Assembly (NCBI GenBank): GCA_963837595.1 | Contig: CAWIOB010000011.1 | Location: 1,397-65,396, forward strand | Direction of reading: 5' to 3' | DNA from: an uncultured Actinomycetota bacterium | GTDB taxonomy: Bacteria; Actinomycetota; Actinomycetes; Propionibacteriales; Nocardioidaceae | Length of the DNA: 64,000 nucleotides | Shown: in pieces, positions 9,977-20,890 of the stretch | How the letters are laid out: the number at the start of each line of letters is the position of its first letter | Position numbering within the stretch: the stretch's first letter is position 1 | Notes under the pieces: generated by a model | The model's database searches: none | What the model was told of the DNA's origin: nothing | What the model saw: only the letters and a program-made list of their open reading frames with translations | Made by a program: the position numbers and the translations under genes

Positions 9977-10909
9977 ATGACCCGCCCGAGGACAAGCAAC
10001 GGGAACCGGCCCGATTCGGCCGTACCGCTGGACGAGAAGGTCACCGGCTATGCGTTCGTGTCGCCGTTCTTCATCGTCTTCGCGATCTTCGGGCTCTTCC
10101 CGATCGTGTTCACGTTCTGGGTCTCACTGCACGACTGGAACCTGCTGGGGGAGCACTCCTGGATCGGCTTGGCCAACTACACCGACCTGGTGGGCGACCC
10201 GAACTTCTGGAACGCACTGGTCAACACCCTGGGCATCTTCGTGCTCGCGACCGTCCCCCAGCTGCTCATCGCGCTGGCTCTCGCGCAGCTGCTCAACCAG
10301 AGCATCCGGGGGCGCACCCTGTGGCGGATGGGCGTCCTGCTCCCCAACATCACCTCGGTGGCTGCGGTCGGGATCATCTTCACGCTGCTGTTCGCCCGGG
10401 ACTTCGGGCTGGTCAACTGGCTGCTGGGCCACGTCGGCGTCGACCCGATCGGGTGGCAGGACCACCGCTGGTCGTCGTGGCTGGCGATCTCGATCATGGT
10501 CGACTGGCGCTGGACCGGCTACAACGCGCTGATCTTCCTGGCGGCGCTGCAGGCGGTGCCCAAGGATCTCTACGAGGCTGCGGCGATCGACGGGGCCACG
10601 CCACGCCGGCAGTTCTGGGCGATCACCATCCCGATGCTGCGTCCCACGCTGGTCTTCGTCAGCCTCATCTCGACGATCGGCGGGATCCAGCTCTTCACCG
10701 AGCCGCTGCTGTTCAACTCCGGGGCCAACGCCATCACCGGCGGGACCACGCGGCAGTTCCAGACGCTCACGATGTACCTCTACGAGAAGGCCTTCACCGG
10801 CCAGGAGTTCGGCTACGCCTCCTCCATCGCCTGGGTCATGTTCCTGGTCATCGCGCTCGTCGGGCTCATCAACTTCCTGCTCCTGCGACGCCTGCGATCG
10901 GCGGCCTGA
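9977..10909 (+). CDS. cebF: sugar ABC permease
   Basis: Multiple TM helices; WRWTGYN; EAA motif LYEAAAIDGA. Confidence 0.88.
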   Translation: MTRPRTSNGNRPDSAVPLDEKVTGYAFVSPFFIVFAIFGLFPIVFTFWVSLHDWNLLGEHSWIGLANYTDLVGDPNFWNALVNTLGIFVLATVPQLLIALALAQLLNQSIRGRTLWRMGVLLPNITSVAAVGIIFTLLFARDFGLVNWLLGHVGVDPIGWQDHRWSSWLAISIMVDWRWTGYNALIFLAALQAVPKDLYEAAAIDGATPRRQFWAITIPMLRPTLVFVSLISTIGGIQLFTEPLLFNSGANAITGGTTRQFQTLTMYLYEKAFTGQEFGYASSIAWVMFLVIALVGLINFLLLRRLRSAA

Positions 10910-10910
10910 C

Positions 10911-11744
10911 ATGTCCAGACGACTCAGCCCGACCCTCAATCCGACTCTGGTGATCCTCGCCTTCGTCTCCGTGGTCTCGGCGTTCCCCCTCTACTTCATG
11001 GTCGTGATGGCCTCGCGGCGCAACGAGGACATCACCTCGGTCCCGCCGCCGCTGCTCCCGGGCGGCCAGCTGTGGACCAACATCGACCGGGTCCTGGCGA
11101 ACCCCGACGTCACCTTCGCCCGGGCCATCGTGAACAGCCTGATCGTCGCGTCGGTCACGACCCTGGCGGTCGTGCTGTTCTCCTCGATGGCCGGATTCGC
11201 CTTCGCCAAGCTGCGCTTCGTCGGCCGGCAGCCGCTGCTGGCGTTCGTGCTCGCCACGATGATGGTGCCCATCCAGCTCGGCCTGATCCCGCTCTACATG
11301 CTGATGACCAAGCTGCACCTGGCCGGCACGCTCCCGTCGGTGATGCTCCCGTTCCTGGTCTCCGGGTTCGGCGTGTTCATGATGCGCCAGTTCGTGGCCC
11401 AGGCCGTGCCCGACGAGCTGCTCTCCGCGGCCCGGATCGACGGCGCCTCGACCTGGCGGACCTTCTGGTACGTCGTGATGCCCGTGCTGCGACCTGCTGC
11501 GGCCGTCCTGGCCCTGCTCACGTTCATGGAGCGGTGGAACGACTTCCTCTGGCCCTATCTCGTGCTCGACCTCGACCACCCCACCGTCCAGGTGGCCCTG
11601 TCCCGGCTCGCGGGGGGCTACTACACCGACCAGTCGCTGGTGATGGCCGGAACGCTCCTGGGGGTCCTGCCCCTGCTGGTGGTCTTCATCCTCTTCGGCC
11701 GACAGATCGTCGGCGGCATCATGGAAGGCAGCATCAAGTCATGA
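10911..11744 (+). CDS. cebG: sugar ABC permease
   Basis: AGFAFAKLRF, ELLSAARIDGA, WNDFLWP. Confidence 0.88.
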   Translation: MSRRLSPTLNPTLVILAFVSVVSAFPLYFMVVMASRRNEDITSVPPPLLPGGQLWTNIDRVLANPDVTFARAIVNSLIVASVTTLAVVLFSSMAGFAFAKLRFVGRQPLLAFVLATMMVPIQLGLIPLYMLMTKLHLAGTLPSVMLPFLVSGFGVFMMRQFVAQAVPDELLSAARIDGASTWRTFWYVVMPVLRPAAAVLALLTFMERWNDFLWPYLVLDLDHPTVQVALSRLAGGYYTDQSLVMAGTLLGVLPLLVVFILFGRQIVGGIMEGSIKS

Positions 11745-13135
11745 CCACGACCCACCCGTCGGGGCTCGTCGGCACCGGTCCCCGCCCCACTGACTTCCCC
11801 GCCGACTTCCTGTTCGGTGCGGCCACCGCGTCGTACCAGATCGAGGGTGCCGTCACCGAGGACGGCCGCACGCCGTCGATCTGGGACACCTTCAGCTCAC
11901 TTCCCGGTCGGGTCCGTGGCGGTGACACCGGGCTGGTGGCGTGCGACCACTACCACCGCTACCGCGAGGACGTCGCGCTGATGCGCGAGCTGGGGATCGG
12001 CGCCTACCGACTGTCCTTGGCCTGGCCGAGGCTCCTGCCCCACGGCGGTGACGTCGCGAACCCAGCGGGCATCGCCTTCTACGACCGGCTCGTCGACGAG
12101 CTGCTCGAGGCCGGGATCACCCCGTGGGTCACCCTCTATCACTGGGACCTCCCGCAGCCCCTCGAAGACGCGGGTGGCTGGCCGGGTCGCGAGGTGAGCG
12201 ACCGGTTCGCGACGTACGCCGCCACCGCGGCAGCCGCGCTGGGCGACCGGGTCCACGACTGGATCACCCTCAACGAGCCCTGGTGCTCGGCCTTCCTCGG
12301 CTACGGCTCGGGCATCCACGCGCCGGGGCGGGTCGACCCTGTCGCCGCGGTGCGGTCCTCCCACCACCTCCTGCTGGCGCACGGCAAGGCCGTCCAGGCG
12401 ATCCGCGCCGAGACTCCCGAGGCCCGGGTCGGGATCACGCTGAACCTCTATCCGGTCACGCCCGCCGACGACCAGCCCGCCTCCCTCGATCTCGCCCGGC
12501 GCCTCGACGGCCTGCACAACCGCTGGTTCCTCGACCCGATCTTCCGGGGGAGCTATCCCGAGGACGTGCTCGCCGACCTCGCCCCAGTCCTCGACCGGGA
12601 CCTGGTGCAGGACGGTGATCTCGAGGTCATCTCCGCGCCCCTCGACTTCCTCGGCGTCAACTACTACACGCGTCACAACGTGCGGTCCTCGCCCTACCCG
12701 GGCACCAACCTCGCGGAGTTCTCCGGGCGCCACCTGACCCGAGCCGCCAACGGCTGGGAGGTCGACCCCGAGGGGCTCACCGAGGTGCTGACGCGGGTGA
12801 CGCGCGACTACACGCCGCTGCCGCTCTACGTCACCGAGAACGGGTCGGCCTGGGAGGACGACGTGGCGCCCGACGGCTCCGTCGACGACCTGGAGCGCAC
12901 CGCCTACCTCTCCTCCCACCTCCAGGCCTGCGTGGAGGCTCGCGAGCAGGGGGCCAACCTGGCGGGCTACTTCGCCTGGTCGCTGCTGGACAACTTCGAA
13001 TGGGCCGAGGGGTTCGCGACCCGGTTCGGTCTCGTCTACGTCGACTACGAGACCCAGGCCCGGACGGTGAAGACGAGCGGACGCTGGTATGCAGGATTCA
13101 TCCGGGAGCACGGCAACGGCATACTGACGCCATGA
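11741..13135 (+). CDS. GH1 beta-glucosidase
   Basis: FLFGAATASYQIEGA, catalytic TLNEP and VTENG, WSLLDNFEWAEG; ATG overlaps the cebG stop. Confidence 0.95.
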   Translation: MTTTHPSGLVGTGPRPTDFPADFLFGAATASYQIEGAVTEDGRTPSIWDTFSSLPGRVRGGDTGLVACDHYHRYREDVALMRELGIGAYRLSLAWPRLLPHGGDVANPAGIAFYDRLVDELLEAGITPWVTLYHWDLPQPLEDAGGWPGREVSDRFATYAATAAAALGDRVHDWITLNEPWCSAFLGYGSGIHAPGRVDPVAAVRSSHHLLLAHGKAVQAIRAETPEARVGITLNLYPVTPADDQPASLDLARRLDGLHNRWFLDPIFRGSYPEDVLADLAPVLDRDLVQDGDLEVISAPLDFLGVNYYTRHNVRSSPYPGTNLAEFSGRHLTRAANGWEVDPEGLTEVLTRVTRDYTPLPLYVTENGSAWEDDVAPDGSVDDLERTAYLSSHLQACVEAREQGANLAGYFAWSLLDNFEWAEGFATRFGLVYVDYETQARTVKTSGRWYAGFIREHGNGILTP

Positions 13136-14154
13136 GCCGACCGCCCAGCACGCGGCCGACCCTCGAGCAGGTGGCCGCCCTGGCCGGAGTGGGTCGCGGC
13201 ACCGCCTCCCGGGTCATCAACGGGGGGGCGAAGGTCTCGCCGCGAGCCAGGCTGGCCGTCGAGGAGGCCATCGCCGAGCTGGGCTACGTGCCGAACCCGG
13301 CCGCCCGGACCCTGGTCACCCAGCGCACCGACGCGGTCGCACTGGTGATCGCCGAGTCGGAGGAGCGGATCTTCGGGGAGCCGTTCTTCGCCGGCGTCGT
13401 CCGCGGGATCGGGTCGGCCCTGAGCGAGGCCAACCGGCAGCTCGTCCTGCTCATCGCGCAGGCAGGGCACCGCACCGGGCACCTCGCCGACTACCTCACT
13501 CGCCAGCACGTGGACGGCGTACTCCTCCTCTCGCTGCACGACGACGACGAGCTGCCTCAACGGCTGCGCTCGCGCGGCCTGCCCGTGGTGCTCGGCGGGC
13601 GGGTCAACGACACCGAGCCGGGGGCCTACGTCGACGTCGACAACCTCCTCGGCGCCCGCCTGGCCGTCGACCACCTGGTCCACCGGGGGCGTCGGCACAT
13701 CGCGGCCATCTCCGGCCCCCTCGACATGGTCGCCGGCCGCACCCGCCACGAGGGGTACGTCGCCGGTCTCGTCGCCGCCGGTCGGGAGGTCGACGAGCGC
13801 CTGGTGTCCCACGGCGACTTCAGCCAGGAGAGCGGTGAGGCGGCGATGCGCGAGCTGTTGATCCGGTTCCCCGACCTCGACGCGGTCTCCTGCGCCAACG
13901 ACCTGATGGCCGCGGGCGCTCTGCGCGTGCTGCGGGAGGCCGGCAGGATGGTGCCGGAGGACGTCTCGGTGGTCGGCTTCGACGACGCACCACTGGCGCT
14001 GACGACCCACCCACCGCTGACCACCGTGCATCAGTCGCCGGAGCGGATGGGGCGGGAGATGGTCGACCTGCTGCTCGAGATCATGGCCAACCCCGAGCAG
14101 CCGACCCACGGCCGGATGCTGCCCACCCACCTCGTGGTGCGGGGGAGCAGCTGA
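13132..14154 (+). CDS. cebR: LacI family repressor (CebR-like)
   Basis: PTLEQVAALAGVGRGTASRVING HTH, YVPNPAAR, VPEDVSVVGFDD. Confidence 0.88.
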   Translation: MSRPPSTRPTLEQVAALAGVGRGTASRVINGGAKVSPRARLAVEEAIAELGYVPNPAARTLVTQRTDAVALVIAESEERIFGEPFFAGVVRGIGSALSEANRQLVLLIAQAGHRTGHLADYLTRQHVDGVLLLSLHDDDELPQRLRSRGLPVVLGGRVNDTEPGAYVDVDNLLGARLAVDHLVHRGRRHIAAISGPLDMVAGRTRHEGYVAGLVAAGREVDERLVSHGDFSQESGEAAMRELLIRFPDLDAVSCANDLMAAGALRVLREAGRMVPEDVSVVGFDDAPLALTTHPPLTTVHQSPERMGREMVDLLLEIMANPEQPTHGRMLPTHLVVRGSS

Positions 14155-14176
14155 CCGACCCGTTAGCCTGACCGGC

Positions 14177-15004
14177 GTGGACGACCTGGTGCTGCTGGCG
14201 ACGTTCGAGGCGATGCCGGAAGGCGAGCCCGGACACGAATCCCTCGACGCGGAGTTCGCGGCGCGCGGGGTCGACGCGCGCTGGGTGAGGTGGGACGACC
14301 CCTCGGTCGACTGGAACAGCGGACTGGTGGTCGTCCGGGCCACCTGGGACTACGACCTCCGGCTGGCCGAGTTCCTGACCTGGGTGCGCTCGGTGCCCCG
14401 GCTCCTGAACGGCGCAGCGGTGTTCGCCTGGAACATCGACAAGTCCTACCTCAGGCAGCTGGCCGAGGCAGGGGTGCCCGTCGTACCCACCGCGGTGGCG
14501 ACGCCGGACACCGTGGTGGACGAGGCGGCGGCGCACGCCGTTGCGGTGGTGAAGCCGACCGTCGGGGCAGGCGGTCGTGGCGTGCAGATCGTCGAGGGTG
14601 GGTCGACGCCCTCGGTCGACGGGCCAGGTCCATGGATCGTTCAGCCGCTGGTCGAGTCGGTCCGGACCGAGGGGGAGACGTCCCTGTTCGTGTTCGGGGG
14701 CCAGGCGATCAGTCAGTACAGGAAGGTCCCGCCGAACGGGTCGATCCTCGTGCACGAGCACTTGGGTGGCACCACCTACGCCGTGCCGCTCGACGCCGAG
14801 TCGACCGACCTGGCGATCCGCGCGGTCGAGGGAGCCTCCGACCTGCTCGAGCGGGATCTGGCCTATGCGCGGGTCGACATGATGCGCCTCGACGACGGGC
14901 GGCTCGTGGTCAGTGAGCTCGAGCTGGTCGAGCCTGGCCTCTACCTCGATGTCAACGACCTCAATGCCGGCCCCTTCGTCGACATGGTGCTCACGCACCT
15001 CTGA
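14177..15004 (+). CDS. ATP-grasp ligase (RimK/glutathione synthetase-like)
   Basis: RATWDY, WNIDKSYL, VVKPTVGAGG, YARVD, ELELVEPGLYL; leaderless -10 TAGCCT at 14164. Confidence 0.82.
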   Translation: MDDLVLLATFEAMPEGEPGHESLDAEFAARGVDARWVRWDDPSVDWNSGLVVVRATWDYDLRLAEFLTWVRSVPRLLNGAAVFAWNIDKSYLRQLAEAGVPVVPTAVATPDTVVDEAAAHAVAVVKPTVGAGGRGVQIVEGGSTPSVDGPGPWIVQPLVESVRTEGETSLFVFGGQAISQYRKVPPNGSILVHEHLGGTTYAVPLDAESTDLAIRAVEGASDLLERDLAYARVDMMRLDDGRLVVSELELVEPGLYLDVNDLNAGPFVDMVLTHL

Positions 15005-15092
15005 ACGCTCAGCGCGGGTCGCGACACGGTTTCGTCCACCCTCCAACCAAACCCGCCCGGCACGCGTTGACACGGTGAGAGGTGGTGCTGCG

Positions 15093-15584
15093 ATGAGTGA
15101 GCGGGAGGCGTTCACCGAGTGGGCGCGCGGTCGTCAGGTCGCATTGCTGCGCACCGCGATCCTCCTGACCGGTGACCACCATCGCGCCGAGGACCTCGTG
15201 CAGGAGGCACTGGCCAAGGTGGCCCTGCGCTGGAGCCGTCTGGAGCCCGGTCATCCCGAGGCCTATGCGCGCCAGGTGATGGCCCGCGACAACATCTCAT
15301 GGTGGCGCAAGCGCCGCAGCGAGGTGGTCGCGGAGGTCGCCGACACGGCGGGCACCCACGCCGATCCGGACCGACACCTGATGCTGCAGGCGGCGCTGGC
15401 GCGGTTGACGACCCGGCAGCGCACGGTCGTCGTACTGCGCTACTACGACGACCTGAGCGTCGAGGACACGGCGACGGCCATGGGAGTGAGCACGGGAACG
15501 GTGAAGAGCCAGACCCATCTGGCACTGCGGCGGCTGCGCGAGGCGATGCCCGAGCTGGCCGAGCTGCTCAGAGAGGAGTCCTGA
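15093..15584 (+). CDS. SigE-family ECF sigma factor
   Basis: LLTGDHHRAEDLVQEALAK, RQRTVVVLRYYDDLS..GTVKSQ. Confidence 0.92.
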   Translation: MSEREAFTEWARGRQVALLRTAILLTGDHHRAEDLVQEALAKVALRWSRLEPGHPEAYARQVMARDNISWWRKRRSEVVAEVADTAGTHADPDRHLMLQAALARLTTRQRTVVVLRYYDDLSVEDTATAMGVSTGTVKSQTHLALRRLREAMPELAELLREES

Positions 15585-16765
15585 TGTCCGAGCAGAGGTT
15601 GCGCGAGCTGTTGCACGAGTCGGTGCAGCACGAGTCCGGCCCCGATCTGGCCGATGCCGCGTGGGAGCGGGCGCAGCGCTCGCGGCGCCGCTCGCGGTTC
15701 GCGGTGGTGGCCGGTTCGGTCGCAGCGGTCGTCGTCCTCGTCGGCGGGTTCTCGGTGCTGCAGCGGCCCGACTCGGTCCCGAGGCCGATGCCGGCGCCTG
15801 GTGCCAACTCGCAGTCCGGCAGTCCCGACGCCGACCTGGACGGTACGCCGGTCTGGTGGGCTCCGGCGGGAGCCGACGAGGCCGCCCTGCCAGCCATCGA
15901 CCGTTCCCTGACCCGGCTGCCCGAGACGATCGACCTGTCGGCGGACGCGCCCGACATCGCAGCCACGCCGTTGGACCAGGCGCTCGCGGCGTTCGCCGTC
16001 CTCGACGACGAGGGCGTTCAGCGCCTGCTGCTGGTCGGCACCGACGGGTCCTACCGGGCGCTGGACGTCTCGGGACTCGACCAGGTGACGAAGCCGAACG
16101 GCTACCGGCTGGATCCGGAGTCCGTCTCGATGCTGTCCCCCGACGGTCGGACGCTGCTGTTCCCCCAGGACGGTCATCTGGAGCTCTACGAGCTCCCCAG
16201 CAACGAGTGGCGCCGGGTCGAGACCGGTTCCCGGGTGACGGCGTTCGCGACCTGGGTCAGCTCCGAGCAGATCCACCTCCCCCGCACGAGTGCGGGCGGG
16301 TCGGGGCCGGTCCTCGACCTCGACGGCCACCTGGTCGGGTCGATGGACCTCCACCCCGTCACCCAGGGTCTGCCGCTGGGACAGGCCGAGCCGTTCGGCC
16401 TGATGAGGGCGAACCCGGAGCGGAGCGTCGTCGCGCAGAGCTGGTCCGTCGGTGCGCACGCGCCCGCCCCGCCCGACGCCTTCCAGGATCCCGAGGTCCT
16501 GGTCGTCACCCCTGGTGACCCGTCGCTGATCCTGGCGCTCCCCGGGAGCAGCAGCGGGCAGCCGGTCCGCTGGAAGCAGTGCTGCCCGGCCGTCGGCTGG
16601 CTCGACGACGACACGGTCGTCTACGAGTCCCGCAAGGCGGTGCCGCAGCTGATCGCCTGGCGAATCGGCACCCATGACTTCCACACCGTCACCACGATCA
16701 CCGGCTTCACGGCGGGTCTGGAGTCCTACACGGCCAGCTGGGCCGACCTTGCGGCCGAGAGATAG
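15584..16765 (+). CDS. membrane-anchored putative anti-sigma factor with extracytoplasmic domain
   Basis: TGATG coupling to the sigma gene; short cytoplasmic N-terminus, RRRSR then TM helix, LSPDGRTL propeller-like motif. Confidence 0.75.
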   Translation: MSEQRLRELLHESVQHESGPDLADAAWERAQRSRRRSRFAVVAGSVAAVVVLVGGFSVLQRPDSVPRPMPAPGANSQSGSPDADLDGTPVWWAPAGADEAALPAIDRSLTRLPETIDLSADAPDIAATPLDQALAAFAVLDDEGVQRLLLVGTDGSYRALDVSGLDQVTKPNGYRLDPESVSMLSPDGRTLLFPQDGHLELYELPSNEWRRVETGSRVTAFATWVSSEQIHLPRTSAGGSGPVLDLDGHLVGSMDLHPVTQGLPLGQAEPFGLMRANPERSVVAQSWSVGAHAPAPPDAFQDPEVLVVTPGDPSLILALPGSSSGQPVRWKQCCPAVGWLDDDTVVYESRKAVPQLIAWRIGTHDFHTVTTITGFTAGLESYTASWADLAAER

Positions 16766-16776
16766 CGGGGGGACCG

Positions 16777-16838
16777 TTTGCACTCGCGGGGGTCGAGTGC
16801 TAAACATGAGGCTGGCACTCTCATCACGAGAGTGACAA
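16777..16838 (+). promoter_or_regulatory. tandem CIRCE (HrcA) operators
   Basis: TTTGCACTC-N9-GAGTGCTAA (16777-16803) and CTGGCACTC-N9-GAGTGACAA (16812-16838) upstream of groEL. Confidence 0.92.
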
Positions 16839-16942
16839 GACATTGGGACCGGTGAGTTGAGGTCTGCAGCGTCGGCGGGAAGGGTCCGCCGGTACGGCCA
16901 GGTCGTCCGTCGCGGGCAGCGAACCGGTTCTGAACTCTCTAG

Positions 16943-18592
<1,650 letters not shown>

Positions 18593-18602
18593 GTCCCAAA
18601 CC

Positions 18603-18673
18603 ATCGACCCGTCGCAGATGTACGCACATCTGCGACGGGTCGATGCATTTCAGGCGTACATCTGCGACAGGTC
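18603..18673. repeat. REP-like element, three 18-bp units (GACCYGTCGCAGATGTAC)
   Basis: Inverted pair 18606-18641 plus third unit 18656-18673 after a 14-bp linker; lies between convergent genes. Confidence 0.85.
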
Positions 18674-18998
18674 AGTGGACGAGCGGGGACTCTCGCTGGT
18701 GGTCGCGGAGCGCCAGCACGATCACCCCGAGCGCCAGCAGCGGAAGCACAAGCGTCCACATCGTCGGGATGACCGCGAGGACCGCGCCGACGATCAGCAG
18801 TGCCGTGCCGGCGTGGAGATGGCTCGCGCGAAGAGCGACTCCCGCGAGCACGAGGCCCGCGCTGCCCAACAGTGAGAACACCCAGAGCAGGTGGCTGCGC
18901 AACGAGTCGTCACGGTGACTGTGGATGGCGACCACGCCATAGACGATCAGGACCATCGCCAGCGCGACGGCCAACCAGGTACCTTCGCGCGACTCCAT
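18672..18998 (-). CDS. hypothetical membrane protein
   Basis: 108 aa with 3-4 hydrophobic helices. Confidence 0.7.
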   Translation of the reverse strand: MESREGTWLAVALAMVLIVYGVVAIHSHRDDSLRSHLLWVFSLLGSAGLVLAGVALRASHLHAGTALLIVGAVLAVIPTMWTLVLPLLALGVIVLALRDHQRESPLVH

Positions 18999-19152
18999 GG
19001 CTGAACGGTATGGCTCGGTGCGAGTTCCCGGCATGGCTCGACGGGGTGGTTCCTCGCTCCCAACCCGTGCTGGGGTCGCCAGGCATCGAGAGGGCACCGA
19101 AATGGCCCCGAAAGGAAGCCGCGCCGGCCGGACAGATGAAAGTGTGGAGACC

Positions 19153-19692
19153 GTGAGTGAACCTACGACCGACGAGCAGCGCTTCGTCGACCTGGCTGGA
19201 CGCGTTGGCCCGCCGGTCCGACGCTACGTCGCCCGTCGCGTGAGCGCCGGAGAGGTCGACGACGTCCTGGCCGACGTCTTCCTGGTGCTGTGGCGCCGGC
19301 TGGACGACGTACCCCCCGAGAACGAGCTGCCCTGGGCGTACGGCGTGGCTCGCAACTGTCTCAACAACGCGCGGCGCGCGAACCGCCGCAACCTCGAGCT
19401 GCTCGACAAGGTGACCCGCCTCGACCGGCCACGGCACTTCGCCCCCACCGAGTCCTACGACGAGCTGCACGACGCGCTGGGCCGCCTCGAGGAACCCGAA
19501 CGCGAACTGCTCCGGCTGTGGGCCTGGGAGCAGCTCGCGCCCCGCGAGATCGCGGTGGTGCTCGACCTGACGCCCAATGCCGTGAGCATCCGCCTGACCC
19601 GCGCTCGGCAGAGGCTCGCCGACCTGCTGGACCCGACACGAAAGAACGAGCCCGTCTCCGGACACAGACCAGATGAAGGGAGCACGCCATGA
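19153..19692 (+). CDS. ECF sigma factor
   Basis: DDVLADVFLVLWRRLDDVP..WAYGVARN; RELLRLWAWEQLAPREIAVVL..VSIRLTRARQRL; start uncertain (19144 or 19153). Confidence 0.9.
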   Translation: MSEPTTDEQRFVDLAGRVGPPVRRYVARRVSAGEVDDVLADVFLVLWRRLDDVPPENELPWAYGVARNCLNNARRANRRNLELLDKVTRLDRPRHFAPTESYDELHDALGRLEEPERELLRLWAWEQLAPREIAVVLDLTPNAVSIRLTRARQRLADLLDPTRKNEPVSGHRPDEGSTP

Positions 19693-20306
19693 ACGACGAC
19701 GAACTGCTGGCCCGGCTGCGCGCAGCCGATCCCGCCGACCGCGCCCCGGCAGCCCCCGAGCGCTGGATCCAGGACCTGACGGAGGCCACCATGACCGAGA
19801 GCTCCACCACCCCGAGCGAACCCGGCGCACGTCGGGGAGTCTGGCTGCTCGCCGTGGCCGCGGCAGTGATCATCGCCGGCATCGGCGGCTATGCACTGAC
19901 CAGCCGCACGAACGGCACCGGGATCGTCCCGCCGCCGATCGCCGCCTCCAGCAGCGGACCCACGACGACCCAGCTGCAGGCCCCGCCGGCGACCGACGCG
20001 AAGTGCATGGTGCCCAACGCCACCACTCTGAAGATCGCCGACCTCGCCTTCGCCGGCACGGTGTCGGCCATCGACGGCGACCAGGTCACCCTGGATGCCG
20101 ACTTTTGGTACCTCGGCGGTCCGACCGACCAGGTCGTCGTCACCGCGACCCCGGCCGACCTGCAGGCACTGCTCAGTGCCGTCTCCTTCGAGGACGGCCA
20201 GCGCTACCTCGTCGCCGCCCACGACGGCAACGTGATGGTGTGCGGCTTCAGCGCGCCGTATGACGCCTCGCTCGCCTCGGTCTACGGCGAGGCGTTCCCC
20301 GGGTGA
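19689..20306 (+). CDS. membrane-anchored putative anti-sigma factor
   Basis: ATGA overlap with the sigma gene; LRAADP N-terminus, one TM helix, outer domain with two Cys. Confidence 0.75.
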   Translation: MNDDELLARLRAADPADRAPAAPERWIQDLTEATMTESSTTPSEPGARRGVWLLAVAAAVIIAGIGGYALTSRTNGTGIVPPPIAASSSGPTTTQLQAPPATDAKCMVPNATTLKIADLAFAGTVSAIDGDQVTLDADFWYLGGPTDQVVVTATPADLQALLSAVSFEDGQRYLVAAHDGNVMVCGFSAPYDASLASVYGEAFPG

Positions 20307-20310
20307 TCCG

Positions 20311-20850
20311 ATGATCGCCGGACTCGTCCTCGCCGCCGGTGCCGGCAGCCGCATGGGACTGCCCAAGGCGCTGGTCGAGGACGAGTCCGGACCATGGCTG
20401 CCCCGTGCCGTGGCGACGCTGCGCGAGGGTGGGTGCGACCAGGTCAGCGTGGTGCTGGGCGCCGCTCCCCAGGCGGCGCTGCTGGTGCCCGGGACCCCCG
20501 TGGTGGTCGCTGAGGACTGGGCTGACGGCATGGCGGCCTCGCTCCGGGCGGGCCTGTCGTCGCTGGGGCCGGAAGCGCTCGCGGTCGTCGTCACGCTGGT
20601 GGACCTGCCCGATGTCGGCGGGGCGGTGGTGACCCGACTGCTCGAGCGCGAGGTCGACGCCTCCACGCTCGCGCGTGCGTCGTACGCCGGGCACCCGGGT
20701 CACCCGGTGCTGATCGGACGCGACCACGTGCCGGGGGTGATCGCGACCGCCGAGGGTGATCAGGGGGCTCGTGCCTACCTCGGCGCCCACCCGCACGAAC
20801 TGGTCGAGTGCGGTGATCTGGCCACCGGCGTCGACGTCGACCGCCGCTGA
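20311..20850 (+). CDS. MocA-like molybdenum cofactor cytidylyltransferase (NTP_transf_3)
   Basis: LVLAAGAGSRMGLPKAL, GMAASLRAGL, LVDLPDV, GHPVLIGR, GDQGAR; cox cluster context. Confidence 0.85.
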   Translation: MIAGLVLAAGAGSRMGLPKALVEDESGPWLPRAVATLREGGCDQVSVVLGAAPQAALLVPGTPVVVAEDWADGMAASLRAGLSSLGPEALAVVVTLVDLPDVGGAVVTRLLEREVDASTLARASYAGHPGHPVLIGRDHVPGVIATAEGDQGARAYLGAHPHELVECGDLATGVDVDRR

Positions 20851-20883
20851 CCAACCTTCGACCAACGCCTGCCCACGTAGCCT
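20851..20883 (+). promoter_or_regulatory. heptamer direct repeat plus -10 of the leaderless coxD promoter
   Basis: CCAACCT-N4-CCAACGC-N9-TAGCCT, ATG 7 nt later; same architecture at 29772. Confidence 0.6.
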
Positions 20884-20890
20884 TGCCCGC

